Shown piece by piece: positions 20,711-32,680 of a DNA stretch of 52,672 nt. The stretch is taken from assembly GCA_013115145.1 (NCBI GenBank), contig JAAPAO010000206.1:1-52672 (forward strand), in the 5' to 3' direction. A program made the translations under genes and the position numbers. The DNA is from Perkinsus chesapeaki ATCC PRA-425. Lineage: Eukaryota > Protista > Perkinsozoa. How positions within the stretch are numbered: position 1 is the first letter of the stretch; the number at the start of each line of letters is the position of its first letter. The notes beneath the pieces are model-generated. The model did not search any database. It saw nothing but the letters and a program-made list of their open reading frames with translations, and was not told the origin of the DNA.

Positions 20711-23700
20711 ATGGAAACGGAGGTCTGTCAAGTGAACGTATTCTGAATCGAATTAAATATCGTCACAGAATTTAGAAACATTCTGCAGTCAACTACTCGC
20801 ATCCAGTGTAAAGCTATCACTTCCTGTATAGCCTTCACCATGAAGATAGTTGCCGAATGTAGGTATGAAAGGCTGGGTGGAGTCTCTGACATCGAAGCTG
20901 CGGTTGACCTGCTGTATGATAAGGCGTTAGCTGATCCACGTAAGTTGATAGCATGTGGAAACGAGGTGTTGTTATGATGATATGCTGCGAAAGTCACTAC
21001 CCGGATTTGAACTGGGGTTGTCTCGGCCACAACGTGACGTCCTGACCACTAGACGATAGCGACTCCAACTATTTTAATAGAGCGGTTACCTCGGCAAAAA
21101 GTCGGTAGATTTGAACCGTATAGGTACACGCGCTCACTTTGACAAAACTCAGAAGAAAATGGGACATATCAGAAAACGCATGCAGACCTTCCTTGTGAGC
21201 TACGTTGGAGGCCCGGCCACCTATGATGAGGAGGATCTAAAACCTGTAGAGACGGCAGCAACGAACTGGGGCTAAAATGGGGGCAGGTTCATTACAATAT
21301 GAATATTATGGATTATCACTTCGATGCCATGTTGGAGCATTTGGGCTCCTCGCTGGCTGAGATGGGAACTCATCCCGAGGCCATTGCAGATTGTATGCAG
21401 CTTCTGGGGAGGGTCCGGAAGTATATCACTACCGGATGTGAGAAGGCAGTTATGAGGTTAGTGTTGAGCATCAACTTAGGCACGGTGCGAAGAGCGTTGG
21501 CGAGGAAGGCACGAGAGCAAGGGAGAGACGAACTGTTTTTGGAATTGGGAGAAAGTGGAGGAATTGAGAATTTTATGACTAGAACGTAAGTCAGTCCGCA
21601 GGTGAGGGTCTCCATGGGGAACTTTTGAGGAGTTGGATTCATTTTCGGAAGATATTAGTTATACTATGATAATAGTTTTCGTACAGTACTGGTGAACCTC
21701 GCTATGCAGTTGGTGCGAAGTCCTATGGGTTAGATTATAATGAATCTTTATGATGATCTGACCCATAGGACTTCACGCCTATTAATGAATGACAATGTAA
21801 CGTATTAGATATATTATAAGTAATAATTATATTAATAATATCATTGTCAATTTATAATGGTATACACCCATGGTGTTGTTGGATTCATAAACTTCCTCAT
21901 CGAAGCTCTGCGGTATTCCAGCCTGCCGTTGTATAAATTTCATTCGTCACTTCTTCTGACTCATATAGCTATACGTTTCTCATCGTGGCGCCCGTAGCAT
22001 CCCTCGAACTATCCTGAGCTTTGAGCGGCTCCTATAAATCCAGAAGTAGATATTCGACTGATGGTGTTGTTCATACCGATTTTTTGGTAAGGTACGATAT
22101 CGTTAAGGTGGATGACAGGCTGAGGACATTCTTCAAGGGCAAAGACTTGGACGCTATCAAGCACCGGCAAACACTGTAGGCTAATTTCGAGTGTATTACG
22201 ATCCAGCATGTGCCCCCATCTTACGCATTATTAACTCAATTCACAATGTTACGGCAATACAATTCAACCGTGATGAACTGATGCAATGATAATCTTTAAT
22301 GTTGTGGAATGAGCGAGTGTGAATTAGATGCTTGTCTATGATTGTCAAGATATCATTGAACGTTCTGGTCAGGTATATGTGCGAGCTTCTGGGTGGCCCT
22401 CGCATGTATGAAGGGCGAAGTATGGTAGAAATACACGATAATTTGAAGATCAACGATTATCTATTTGACTGCTTCATAATGGACGCGGAGAGAGCACTGC
22501 ATGGTGAGCTCTTGGGGATGGGAGTGGTAGAGAATAGTTTAATCTTTTCATAATCCCGAGGATCTATTTTCCGCAAGGGTCATTTCCGGTCGATCGGAGA
22601 ACGACAGAATCGCGGTCATCAGTGAGCGAAGCTGCTGAATTAGCTATTTACTTTTCTCGAAGGAGCCGATAAGCGAGGCTTCTCCGCCCACTAGTACGCG
22701 GGCTGAGCTGATAAATAACAGCCATCATCATCACCACCGTCAAGTTTCGCGAAACAAGAGCTGCTGCTGGGCTGATTTGAGCCTTATTTCCTGGCGACGA
22801 TGCTCTTGGTAATATCCAGCAGCTCAGTCCAATCCTGCAGGGTCTTTGAGAAGCTGCCTTTGGAGCCTTCTTTTTGGTATTAAATTCGTGCTTTACATAA
22901 TTTCGGCGTTAATTAGAAAATTAAGTATTCCAGGCTGAAGGGTTTGAGTTAATTTCGTGGTATAGCAGTTGCGATATCGCCGTTCATCGTTGGTGGTAAT
23001 TGGCAGGCCTCAACCTGACTGAGGATCTTCACGACATAGTTGTATCGACACTAGAAGATCAGCGGAAATATATAGTCAAAGGGCACAACGACGGGGATAC
23101 AGTCAAACTAGTCGACGGAAAAACGGTATGAAAAATCAAAGCTGATCTTGGAATATCGTCTAGATTCTCGAACGAGTTGGCGGGGAGATGAACGTCGAGG
23201 CGGTCGTGGAGACGATGTAAGGAGCTCGGAACAATCTAATGACTGAGTTGGTCAGGTATTTCGGAGCCCAACGAGATCCGAGGATCAAATTCTTTTTTGT
23301 GATGGAGAAGGAGAAGTTGACTGCCGTTAAGAGGAAGGTTTCCGAGTTCCTTTGCGGAGCTTTGGGAGGCCAATCTTCGTAAGTATAAAAAATAGCTCAA
23401 TTGTGCTACAGGCTGAGTAGGATTGACGTGAATATCGTTCGAGCCGCTCACTACCCTATGAACATCGGAGATCATCAGTTCGATGCTCTGGTTGAAAACT
23501 TAGCAGCGGCGATGGAACTGATGGAAGTAGAAGGTTCGGTTAAGTCGGATGTGTTGGACGTTGTCAGTCATGTAAGCTGGGATCGTTGTAGGGTTTGTAG
23601 TTTGCTCTGAGCAGTTGCGGGGAGAGATTACCGCTGGCGCCACAAGTCGATTGGAGATCGCTCGAAAGAAGACAGAATCGGCAGGTGAGGTCGTTCGCGT

Positions 23701-26700
23701 ATCTTAGTGAGTGTTGCTGCGTGTTGGATATCTCTGTACCGAACTTGGCTCAATGTTCTCGAAGGACGTTTTTCAGGCACCGATGGGTTATATAAGACTA
23801 TTGGAGGAGATGACGGTGTTGTGAAGCTAGTCGATGAGCTGTAAGTTCTCCGTTAAAGAGAGGAGCTTCGGACTCTAGGATATTTAATATTTATTTGCCA
23901 AATTAAATTAGGTCTTCACTGTTACTAAATAGATCTTGAAACGGTGTAGAAGAATTGAAGCCTGTATAGACTCCATACATGCCCCAGCTCTTCTACGTTA
24001 TGTCAAGCCTCCATACTATGGAGGCTGCTTTAGAATTATATTAAAGGTTGACTCTTTACTAGTAAGGTTAATGCTGTAATTGAATGCACATTGTGGTATA
24101 GTGGTAAATGAGCTCTTGTTACTACTTATTGCAGATCCTTTAATAATTTCTCATCACTGTCCTATGAGTTGCTCCTTGTCATTCACTACTTCGCATCCCT
24201 AATAAGGATACATTGTTATTGGAGATTATGTTCAATTTCTCTCGGAATTTGAGGCCATAGAAGCGTTTGTTCAGCAGTGAGCTACACGTTGGGAAACCTA
24301 GATTGTAAAAACGCTAACGACCATAAGCGCATTGCCTTTTTTGCCTTCAAGCGGCGATTTTCAGGTATAAAATATGTCTTGTGGATGATCGCATTAAAAA
24401 GTTCTTCCAAGGGGAAAAGCTTGAGAGTGTAAAAGCGAACCAGACAGTCTTCCTACAGCAATTGCTGGGTGGATCGGCAGAGTAGGTCATCCGAAATCTC
24501 GCATAGCAGAAGCCAGCGGTCGGGATATCGAAGCATTCGGAGCTTTTTCCTGAGGGATTCCCTCGCAATAGACTAAGTTTGATAGCTCCCCTTCGGGCGT
24601 CGTTACATGTGATTTGAACTCCTTCCTCCCATCACCGCAGATGGTCCAGAGTCTGGACCATTCTGCCGATAATGGGCAGTGAGCTGCTGTAAAGTTTTAA
24701 ATTGAACGAGGTAAACTATCAGTGATTTGATAGGACTAAATCCATCTCCGCTAACGGTTGAAACGGTCCTTAGTAATGAGCAGTACATGCTGCAGCAATC
24801 ACGCTGGTCTATTTTAGGGCTACGGCCCGTAACATTGCCTCCTGATCCTTCAATCCCGTCTCGAGGCTCAGAGCGCCTCAAGTCAATATTGCTTGACGCT
24901 GCATCTGTTAAAACATTTTCGCGCGAATCTCTCAATGGGTGGGAGTTGGTCTCGAGTATGGAGGCATCTCGGTTCATCAGGTACAATGGCCGGGACTTAC
25001 CAAGAATTCATCAAACCATACAGATTCAAGATTGGCAATTCGACGCCTTCATGGATAATGCTCGGAAGGCGTTCGCGAATCTGGGGTAAGCAGCACCGAT
25101 TTCAGTCGTGGTGGAATCATTATTTTCAGAACTGATGACGATACCATCGACGAGTGTACGGTTTTGATGGAGACGACGAGGCGGGTGAGCTTTGGTGAGA
25201 AATGTTGGTGTAGGAAAATGGTCCGCAATAGGATGTCGTTTCGGAGGAGAACAGACAGTTTGATGTACGCCAGATGATGCATGATGCCCACAAGAAGGTT
25301 CTGTATGAGAGAATAGGCGGCGAAGTTAGTAAGTGGAGGAGGCGTAGTTAATTTTCACTAGAGTCATAACACATTACAATATCCCGGTATTTGTATGTTA
25401 TATTGCTTCCAATTGATAAGGCGAAGGTGCCTTTATGGTAAGGCGGAAATAGTGAAGGGTATATCGGGCATGCCTCCCATTGGAGGCGTGCAACGGAACT
25501 AATTGCATTGTGTGCGCTGAACAACTTTGAGTTTGATTATCACTTTGCTCTCAGCCATTGCCAGACTCTGCGACTCCATGTATGCTGCTGCACTGGATGA
25601 CGATCGGCTACGGTTCTTTTTTGAGAAGAATAAGGCAAAGGTGAGGAGACGTTCTTGAGCGGAGCGAAGCATTTTACAGTCGGAATTAATTTGTGCAATC
25701 TTGAGATATATCTCAATGTGTGTACGAATGTATAGAATGTGTGGTGTATGTACGAAACAGAAGATCTTGTATTTTATCAAGTCCTTATGACCTCATAATA
25801 CCGATTCAATACATACCAACTACTATCCTATTATATATATTTATAGCTTATGCACCACCTTCATAGTAATCCCTTCTTCGGAAATGCGAAAAATTCAGTC
25901 TCCTCGGTGGTGATCAGGCAGTAGTGCACTGCCTGGCTGGTTGTCTAGTCCAGCTCTGGTAACCATAGTCTGGGACCAGTGGGTCGACTAATACTCCGGT
26001 CGAAAAGCGTTTTGACCCTATACGTGCCAGGCACTAGCTGCATTTGTCATTTATTATTGGTTATTAGGTTCAATCAATCAAGAAGAAGATGACCCAGTTC
26101 ATTTGCGGTGCTCTTGGTGGTGAGTCCACCCCGTACCAATCCCGAAGCTTTTTAATATTGGTTTGTCACTCTGAATTATTGTATAGAAGGCTGCATAACA
26201 TGCCCTAGAAAACTCCTTCACACCGAAGTCAGTCTAACTCTGGTCTCGGTCCGAGAAAATTCGAGCCTTCTCGAACAATCCATAACACTAAGCTCTTTCC
26301 CAACCTACTGATCGCCTTATCAGGCCCGACAACGTACGACATAGCGGACCTACGACCAGCCCATTACTCTATGAACATAACATCACATCACTTTGACGCG
26401 ATGCTGTCTATCGTGAAGGAGGTGACGGATCTCTGTTGATGGATTGTTAGTTGATCGTCAGATTCTTATAGGAGAGTTAGAATTTAACAGAACTGATGCC
26501 CGAGAAGTACTACGAGCACTTCAGCCAGTCAGAGGCGATATCATTAATGGATGTGAGACGCTTAATTGAGTCGTATCTTATCTTCTATTTTCAAATTCAA
26601 GAGAAGTTGGTTCTGATTCTGAATTTCTGAAGCTCCGTAAAATATCTTCTCAAGTAGGGTTTATATTTCACACTGCCGGTTCTTGAAACCGTTACAGTGT

Positions 26701-28815
26701 CGCCGTGAAACACCCAAAGCGGCGAGTGTAAATTGTCCGTATATCTTTCCGCTCACCTTCACAATACACGATGTGAATGGTGTTATGCATCAGCCAGAAC
26801 CGGTTTGGTATGTCCCAGATACAGTACGTTCAGAGATAGCCAAGCGGGCGACCGAGAAGGGCCTTGATCAGATGTTCCTCAGAGTTGGTAAGTGGATTGT
26901 ATAATCGCTGTTAGCAGTATAACGATCAGGGGAGTCCGAGGGCATCACAAGGATAACTGCATCACTCTTCTCGATTCTTGGAACCGACGCTAGATTGAAG
27001 CAGTTCTTCAAGCCGGACAAGCGTGATCGTATCAAGGAGGGGGTAACAGTATTCCTAGTGGATCGGTTTGGTGGCCCCAAAAACTACCAAGGTGAGGTCA
27101 TCTCAAAGGTGAGGTAGATGAATGTTCCTGATAGGCCGCGACCTTGCTGCAACCCACGCTGGCCTTGACATTACAGACTATCACTTCGATGCCTTTGTTG
27201 CTGATTTTTTGAGGTCACCAAAATCGAGTCTGGTATACTGTGACCATATTTTTCAGGGCGTTGGGGGCGAGTGGTATTGATGAGACTGTTGTGGATGAGC
27301 TACTCGTGACACTGGAGCCTTTGCGCTCGCAGGTCCGCGTTATTCCTGTTATCTCTGACGTCAGCAGTTGCTCAGGTTCTCGGACAAAAAGATGAAGTGC
27401 CGGCTGCTTTGATAAAGAATGGTCAAACCATTATCGAAAGGTTAGGAGGAGATGATCAACTTGAAACTCTTGTCGAAACTTTGTAAGCTCTCTACTTCTC
27501 ATCATGTAGTGTGCCCATCATTTGAACAGTGCTTTCCGATCGGCAGACAGCATTTACTCACAGTGACGCTATGACATATCAAATCTTTGGTCGTAGTGGT
27601 CTAAGCTTTTCTGAGACAAAAAGACTGCCGAGCGGAATTTTCAGTACCAAAAAACGACATAGTAGCCAACCGTATTTTAAACGCGCCTATGTGCGGCATC
27701 CAAGCATTATAATAACCGTGATGTATACAAACCTCCAAGTGCAGATTTGGTCGATGAAAGCTATCCTGGATGGAGCCGCCTTGTGCATCACTCGTTGTGT
27801 TTTAGAATAGAAAAGGTTGGGAATGACAATCGACTGGAGTTCTATTTCGAGAAGGGCCACTTTAAGCTGAGAAATATCCGCCGACGGTTGTACCAGTTCA
27901 TGTCCGGAGCATTCGGAGGGCCAGTTCAGTAAGCTCAGTTTTTTATCCAGAAAAATACAATTCACTAGATACGACGCTGATCGGTTGAAGCCAGCACATT
28001 ACGATATGAACATCACCGATTTCCACTTTGACGCTTTCATTTCCGTCTGGACGGCCACATGTGAGTTGGCCAGAGTAGTCGACTCCTATTAGTCTCTGAC
28101 CGCAGGTAAGGAGTTCGACGTTGATAGTGAGTCCACGGAAGATTCAATCGAAGTGCTGAATGGAGTTAGATCGGCAATAACAGGAGGGTGCGTTATACGG
28201 ATGGAAATGTCACGCAAAAAGGTATATGCCTCGAAATGCTGATGCTGGCCGAAGCTGGTGGCAGGCTCAGCTGGAAAGCCCTGAGCAGCTCTTTGAACGT
28301 CTTGGCAAAAAAGAGGGTATCATAAAGATTACCGATAAGCTGTACACCATGGTTACCAGAGACCATCGTGAGTTACGCACCATTGCGATGTTTGAGGTGC
28401 TCTTATAGGTATTAATATGTTCTTCGAGGGTTCTAAATTGAAGGCCTTATGGAAGGGATTCACAACATATTTTATACAGGCTCTTGGAGGACCACAAGAG
28501 TATCGTGGGCGAGGCCTTGGTGAAGTTCACGGAGTAAATGACTAGGAGATTGATCGTCATCTGCACATGTTATTTCAGACCTTAGCGATCAATGACTATC
28601 ATCTAGACTGCTTTTTACAGCTACTTAACAGATCACAGCTTCAGCTTGGATTTGACCGCGAGACTTGTGATGATACTTTCGTAACATGATGCACGGCTTC
28701 ACCGGCTCAAGGCTTTTCGGTTTAGGCACAATTCGAGAAGCTTCGCCCTCAAATACTTCATGCACATTATGTGAGATCTGGTTATGTTCACACTGATGCT
28801 TCCTTTGATATCTAA
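20711..28815 (+). CDS. Polyglobin: eight tandem group I truncated hemoglobin (2/2, TrHb1) domains, roughly 30 exons, on the order of 1,100-1,200 aa
   Basis: Hand-spliced exons stay in frame from YERLGGVSDIEAAVDLLYDKALADPR to ...HTDASFDI*. Eight repeats of the LYERLGG / D.R...FF / LGGP..Y / H...I...HFD pattern, each with the proximal F8 His. The first exon is uncertain. Confidence 0.9.
20992..21063 (-). tRNA. trnH: tRNA-His (GUG), probably degenerate, antisense in a globin intron (20940-21123)
   Basis: GTCGCTA TC GTCT AGTGGTCA GGAC G TCACG TTGTGGC CGAGA CAAC CCCAG TTCAAAT CCGGG TAGTGAC T forms a full cloverleaf with GTG anticodon. It has one mismatch in the anticodon stem, one in the T stem, and U at position 73. 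Confidence 0.8.
21620..27760 (-). CDS. Putative nested antisense multi-exon gene with exons inside the long globin introns; boundaries unresolved
   Basis: Long globin introns contain minus-strand GT-AG-flanked open segments: ORF 24603-24986; 24457-24561 ESLRKKLRMLRYPDRWLLLCEISDDLLCRSTQQL; 21866-21922 LEYRRASMRKFMNPTTPW; about 26125-26290 LWIVREGSNFLGPRPE|ACYAAFYTIIQSDKPILKSFGI. Confidence 0.45.
21717..21774. repeat. Intronic inverted repeat, 22-bp arms (2 T/C differences)
   Basis: GAAGTCCTATGGGTTAGATTAT...ATGATCTGACCCATAGGACTTC. Confidence 0.9.
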
Positions 28816-29898
28816 TGCTACTCATCTGCAGCATTCATGCAGCCGTACAAGTGGTGTTCGATAATGGGATGTTGCGTTGAATGAAGTACAAGAATGCTTG
28901 ATAGCTGGCAATATATCCAATTGTCTGATCCAAGCTATATCCAAGCTGACAATAGCTGACTTCATTGATAGTGAGAGAGAGCGAGAACTTCAACACCAAG
29001 GCATCTCTGAGCAAAGGCTTACATTGTCCGTCTCTACAAAAACTAACGACCCTACAGTAGGGTCCCTACCACTAATTTGGTAAAGGCTTCACTAGTAGTT
29101 ATCATGCCGCAACCTCGTGAACGAAACACCGAGCTAGTGGTACTAGCTGGTACTAGCCTAGTACGTATGCCTGTGCAGACATTTAGCGAAGAAAGAACCG
29201 CGCAAGGACGACATGGCTAATATTTAATCGCCCATGGGCCATGATTCACGGAGGTAACGCTCTACGTCATAACGGTAACGCTCTATAGTGACAACACTGA
29301 GAACATAGAGCCTCAGGAAGTCTATTACTTCAAGATATTACTATCAAAGGCAGCATCTTCAGAGTTATGCTTATGGTAAGGACCAATCAAAAGCCCCCCC
29401 CGCGTGGTTCTCCAGTTCCCAGCTACATCTTCCTCTCAGAATGACGCGGCACGCAGGTACTTTTAACCTCAACAAGCAGAAAATCTTTGTGGCAAAAAGC
29501 ACCAGAAAAAACAGAGTCATGCGAGAACCTCTTCGGGGCGTTTTATAACTTCATAAAATGAGAACTCTAATGACGCATCCGAAGTCTCAATCAAACGCAG
29601 GATGGCAATTTGTCAAGGGAGGGCGCAAAGACGCACTGCATTTCTGCGTCTCAAGGTCGTGTACAAGCCCAGACTCAATTGACTCGCCGTTGCTGAATAA
29701 TCCAACATTCAACAGCAACGTCAATGAGCCAGCTGATGGTTACTAACTTAGTAATACTAAGATCTGTAGCTCTCCCACAGTCTTATGAATCATAAGCTTA
29801 TGATACCAGACAAGGGCACCTTAGCATTTGTCGACTGCTGTTATACTTAATAGACTTACGTCTGAACTTTTTAGCTATGTGCCTCATGTCTAAGAGTT

Positions 29899-30563
29899 AT
29901 GTGGCTTGGTCAGGCACCGCATTCGACAGGTTCATTACAGTCGACTTACAAACCCTTACAAAGGGCTGTACGAAGTTCGAGGCAGAGAGAATGCTTGCAG
30001 TGCGTTGTGCGGACTAGCAAGAATGGTGCATTTTTACAACTCTTATCTGGGCACTCTCCTTTGTTAAACGCCTATGTGTATCGCCCTGGCATAAATGTCG
30101 AGGCTCATGATACAAACTGTAACCACTGTGGAGTGATCGATGATAGCTCACGCTTACTGCTTGATTGTAGGCGACCGGATCGGTCACGTTTTCGGCCTTC
30201 CTTTGTAGACGAGAACGGAACTCTCGGGCAGATAACAATCAGTGTGAATCGTTGTGCAGCGACCGCTAACTTTTGTGAGAAGATATATTTCAGACACTTG
30301 AGGAATGGAGGTTGAGAGCATTGAACAGCCTTACTGGGTTCATGGGGGGGCGCCTGATTTGAGTGTAGCTGCGTGGCAAGACTGAATACTTCGAGTCCTA
30401 GAGATGAAGCTTGTGGTCTCGCACCTTGGGAGCCATTGTTTCTTTGATAGTTATACACAGGCCCTTGGTCGCGTAAGTGAATTCTGCCAGGAGGAGTAGG
30501 ATCTCTTGATACTAGTTACATTCGTATTCGGTGAACCATACAGTGAATATAACAGTATAGGTA
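29899..30563 (+). mobile_element. 3' end of a non-LTR retrotransposon: C-terminal zinc-knuckle region plus 3' UTR
   Basis: LLSGHSPLLNAYVYR...CNHCGVIDDSSRLLLDC resembles the L.TGH..LN.YL.R...Cx2Cx7Hx4C tail of LINE ORF2 (His replaced by Arg). The 3' part is repeated at 2461-2690. Confidence 0.7.
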
Positions 30564-31496
30564 ATACCTATTAGGTTACCTATTTGCAGTGCTACATGCA
30601 TAAGCCATGCTTTTGACACCCCTTGATGTTATGGTGGCAGAGTCTGCCAGGCAGACCTGCTATTCCCGCTGGTGGCTCGCAAAAGTAAGTATAGTGATTC
30701 AGGGAATAGTTTTTCGGAAAAACTTTTTCCTGTATTAAGATAATAAGATGAATGCAATAACTACCGCACTCACAATGACTACTAACTGAATGCACTTCAG
30801 GCTAGTTGACACCGACCTAGGGGGGGCACAGGAAAAATATGTTGGACCTTAGTGTGCTTATTTGCAACGATTATCGACATTCTGATGTGCTTTAGTAAAG
30901 CCGGAAATATACCGAAATCGATTGGCCTCAAACTTATACGGTGAGTGTCTGCTGATTGATAATTGTTATGCTGGGGTTTAATCGGAGCGGTGGGAGATCT
31001 AGCAGACACTAGACGAAGAAGGAATGCTGAGCCTGCCTCAAATGAGTTTATAGTTACAGCGCTTTATGCTGATGTCATATTTAGTGTAAAAGCTTTCTGA
31101 ATTACACGAAGCAATCATTAACCGTCAGATGACAGGTAAAGTCGTTTGTATAGCCGACAAGGATCAATTCGATCAACATACATTGTGATAAGGTTAATAG
31201 CATGCCAATCGCTGGTGCCGTTATGTTTGCACTTGATCTTGTTTTGTTATCGTTTGAGAACCCCAGTAGTACATAAAGGGTTCACTATAAACTAAACACA
31301 CTGAAGCGTGAAATGGAGCAACAAGAATAAGCCCAGAAGGCGAGTATGGCGTAGGGTCAAGAATCAAAAGGCGAATGATTGGGACACACAACCCAGACAG
31401 TTAGTCATCTCTTAAGTGGCGTGAAGACCAATAGAAGTCATGGACTCTTCCTGTGCGCTACTGAATATCATCGTGTGATCTTCTACTAGTACAACT

Positions 31497-32157
31497 TTAC
31501 TCTTCGCAGCTCATAGCATCATACATTTCACCGGCAGTGACATGGTCTATTATCGCACCTTCAGCCGGCTCTTCGTCACCTACATATAGGTCACAAGAGT
31601 CACTATCCCCGGGGAATTCCAAGATATTTAAACCTCTAGACTCTACTCCTCCAGGGATGATATTCCTGTCGTTCAATGCTTGTACGAATTGTTCAAGGTC
31701 CTCGAGATCCCAATGAAACTCAAAATATATGTCCCCATCGCGTTCGATGTAATCAGAGGAGACTGTAGCACATGGACCATTTGCAATAAACATGCGGGAA
31801 GGTTGGGTATCGTCATTAGGATATAGGATGGTGAGCCTCTCGTTGCCATTTTCCCACACTCCCCCATACACCAAAGGTTGACGGTCAATATTTTGTTGAG
31901 CCGTTACGACAATGCTGATTGTTGTATCTTAATTTTAGTTATTCATCGATAATTGTTATCAATGCCCTTCGCCCAATGACAGGCGTGCTGTTGTTGAACA
32001 GCAGGAACAGCTTGTTGAACGAAGGAACAACAGTTGTTCCTTCGTCCCCTAGGGGAAAGTCGTATAGACTCAGCACATAACAAGCGAGATCCTTTAGTAA
32101 GGGCTGGACTGTTGTACTGGTAAGTAGTTGCAGAGCAGGACAGCTACTGGTCAGCAA
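31497..32157 (-). CDS. Hypothetical protein, at least two exons
   Basis: ORF 31939-32157 splices (GTCATT...AATTAAG) into the frame of ORF 31497-31874. The start is unresolved. Confidence 0.45.
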
Positions 32158-32680
32158 AGGAGTGGGTCACATTATTGGGCAATAAATGCTCAGAATAGAC
32201 GATCAATAACTGTTAGCTCACTCTGCCACCCATGCGCACTGAGTGGAGCTAAACGATACTACTTTGTATGAAATGGAACACTGTCTTGAATAAGCAAGAA
32301 TCTATCGATGGGCCACCTATGGTGGTCGATTGCTGCAAGACGTCACGCCGTTGGTCATTGTATCTCCGCCTACTTTGCCTTTAATCGTTTCCTTCTATCG
32401 TAGTAGCTTTGAGTATTATTATAGGCATCACTGTTCTGAATAATTGTCGTCTGTTACAGTCATTAGCGTACATATCATGTCGTCGGTAATGACGTGAATT
32501 CTTAGTTCGCTTACCCGTTTCGGCCCTCGCCGGCTGTACACAGAATTCAACTGATCTCGTATACGCATGTGCACTCACATTTTAGCTAAAAAGGGCATGC
32601 AGGCACATGTGGTAGGCTGGTTATTGAAGGTTTATTACAATGTCTATAATAACAAATGCTATAGAGAAAGGGAAGGGACA

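Noticed and set aside
23745-23753. TTGGCTCAA as a second SL relic
   Set aside because: Only 9 nt, lacks the terminal G, and is expected by chance.
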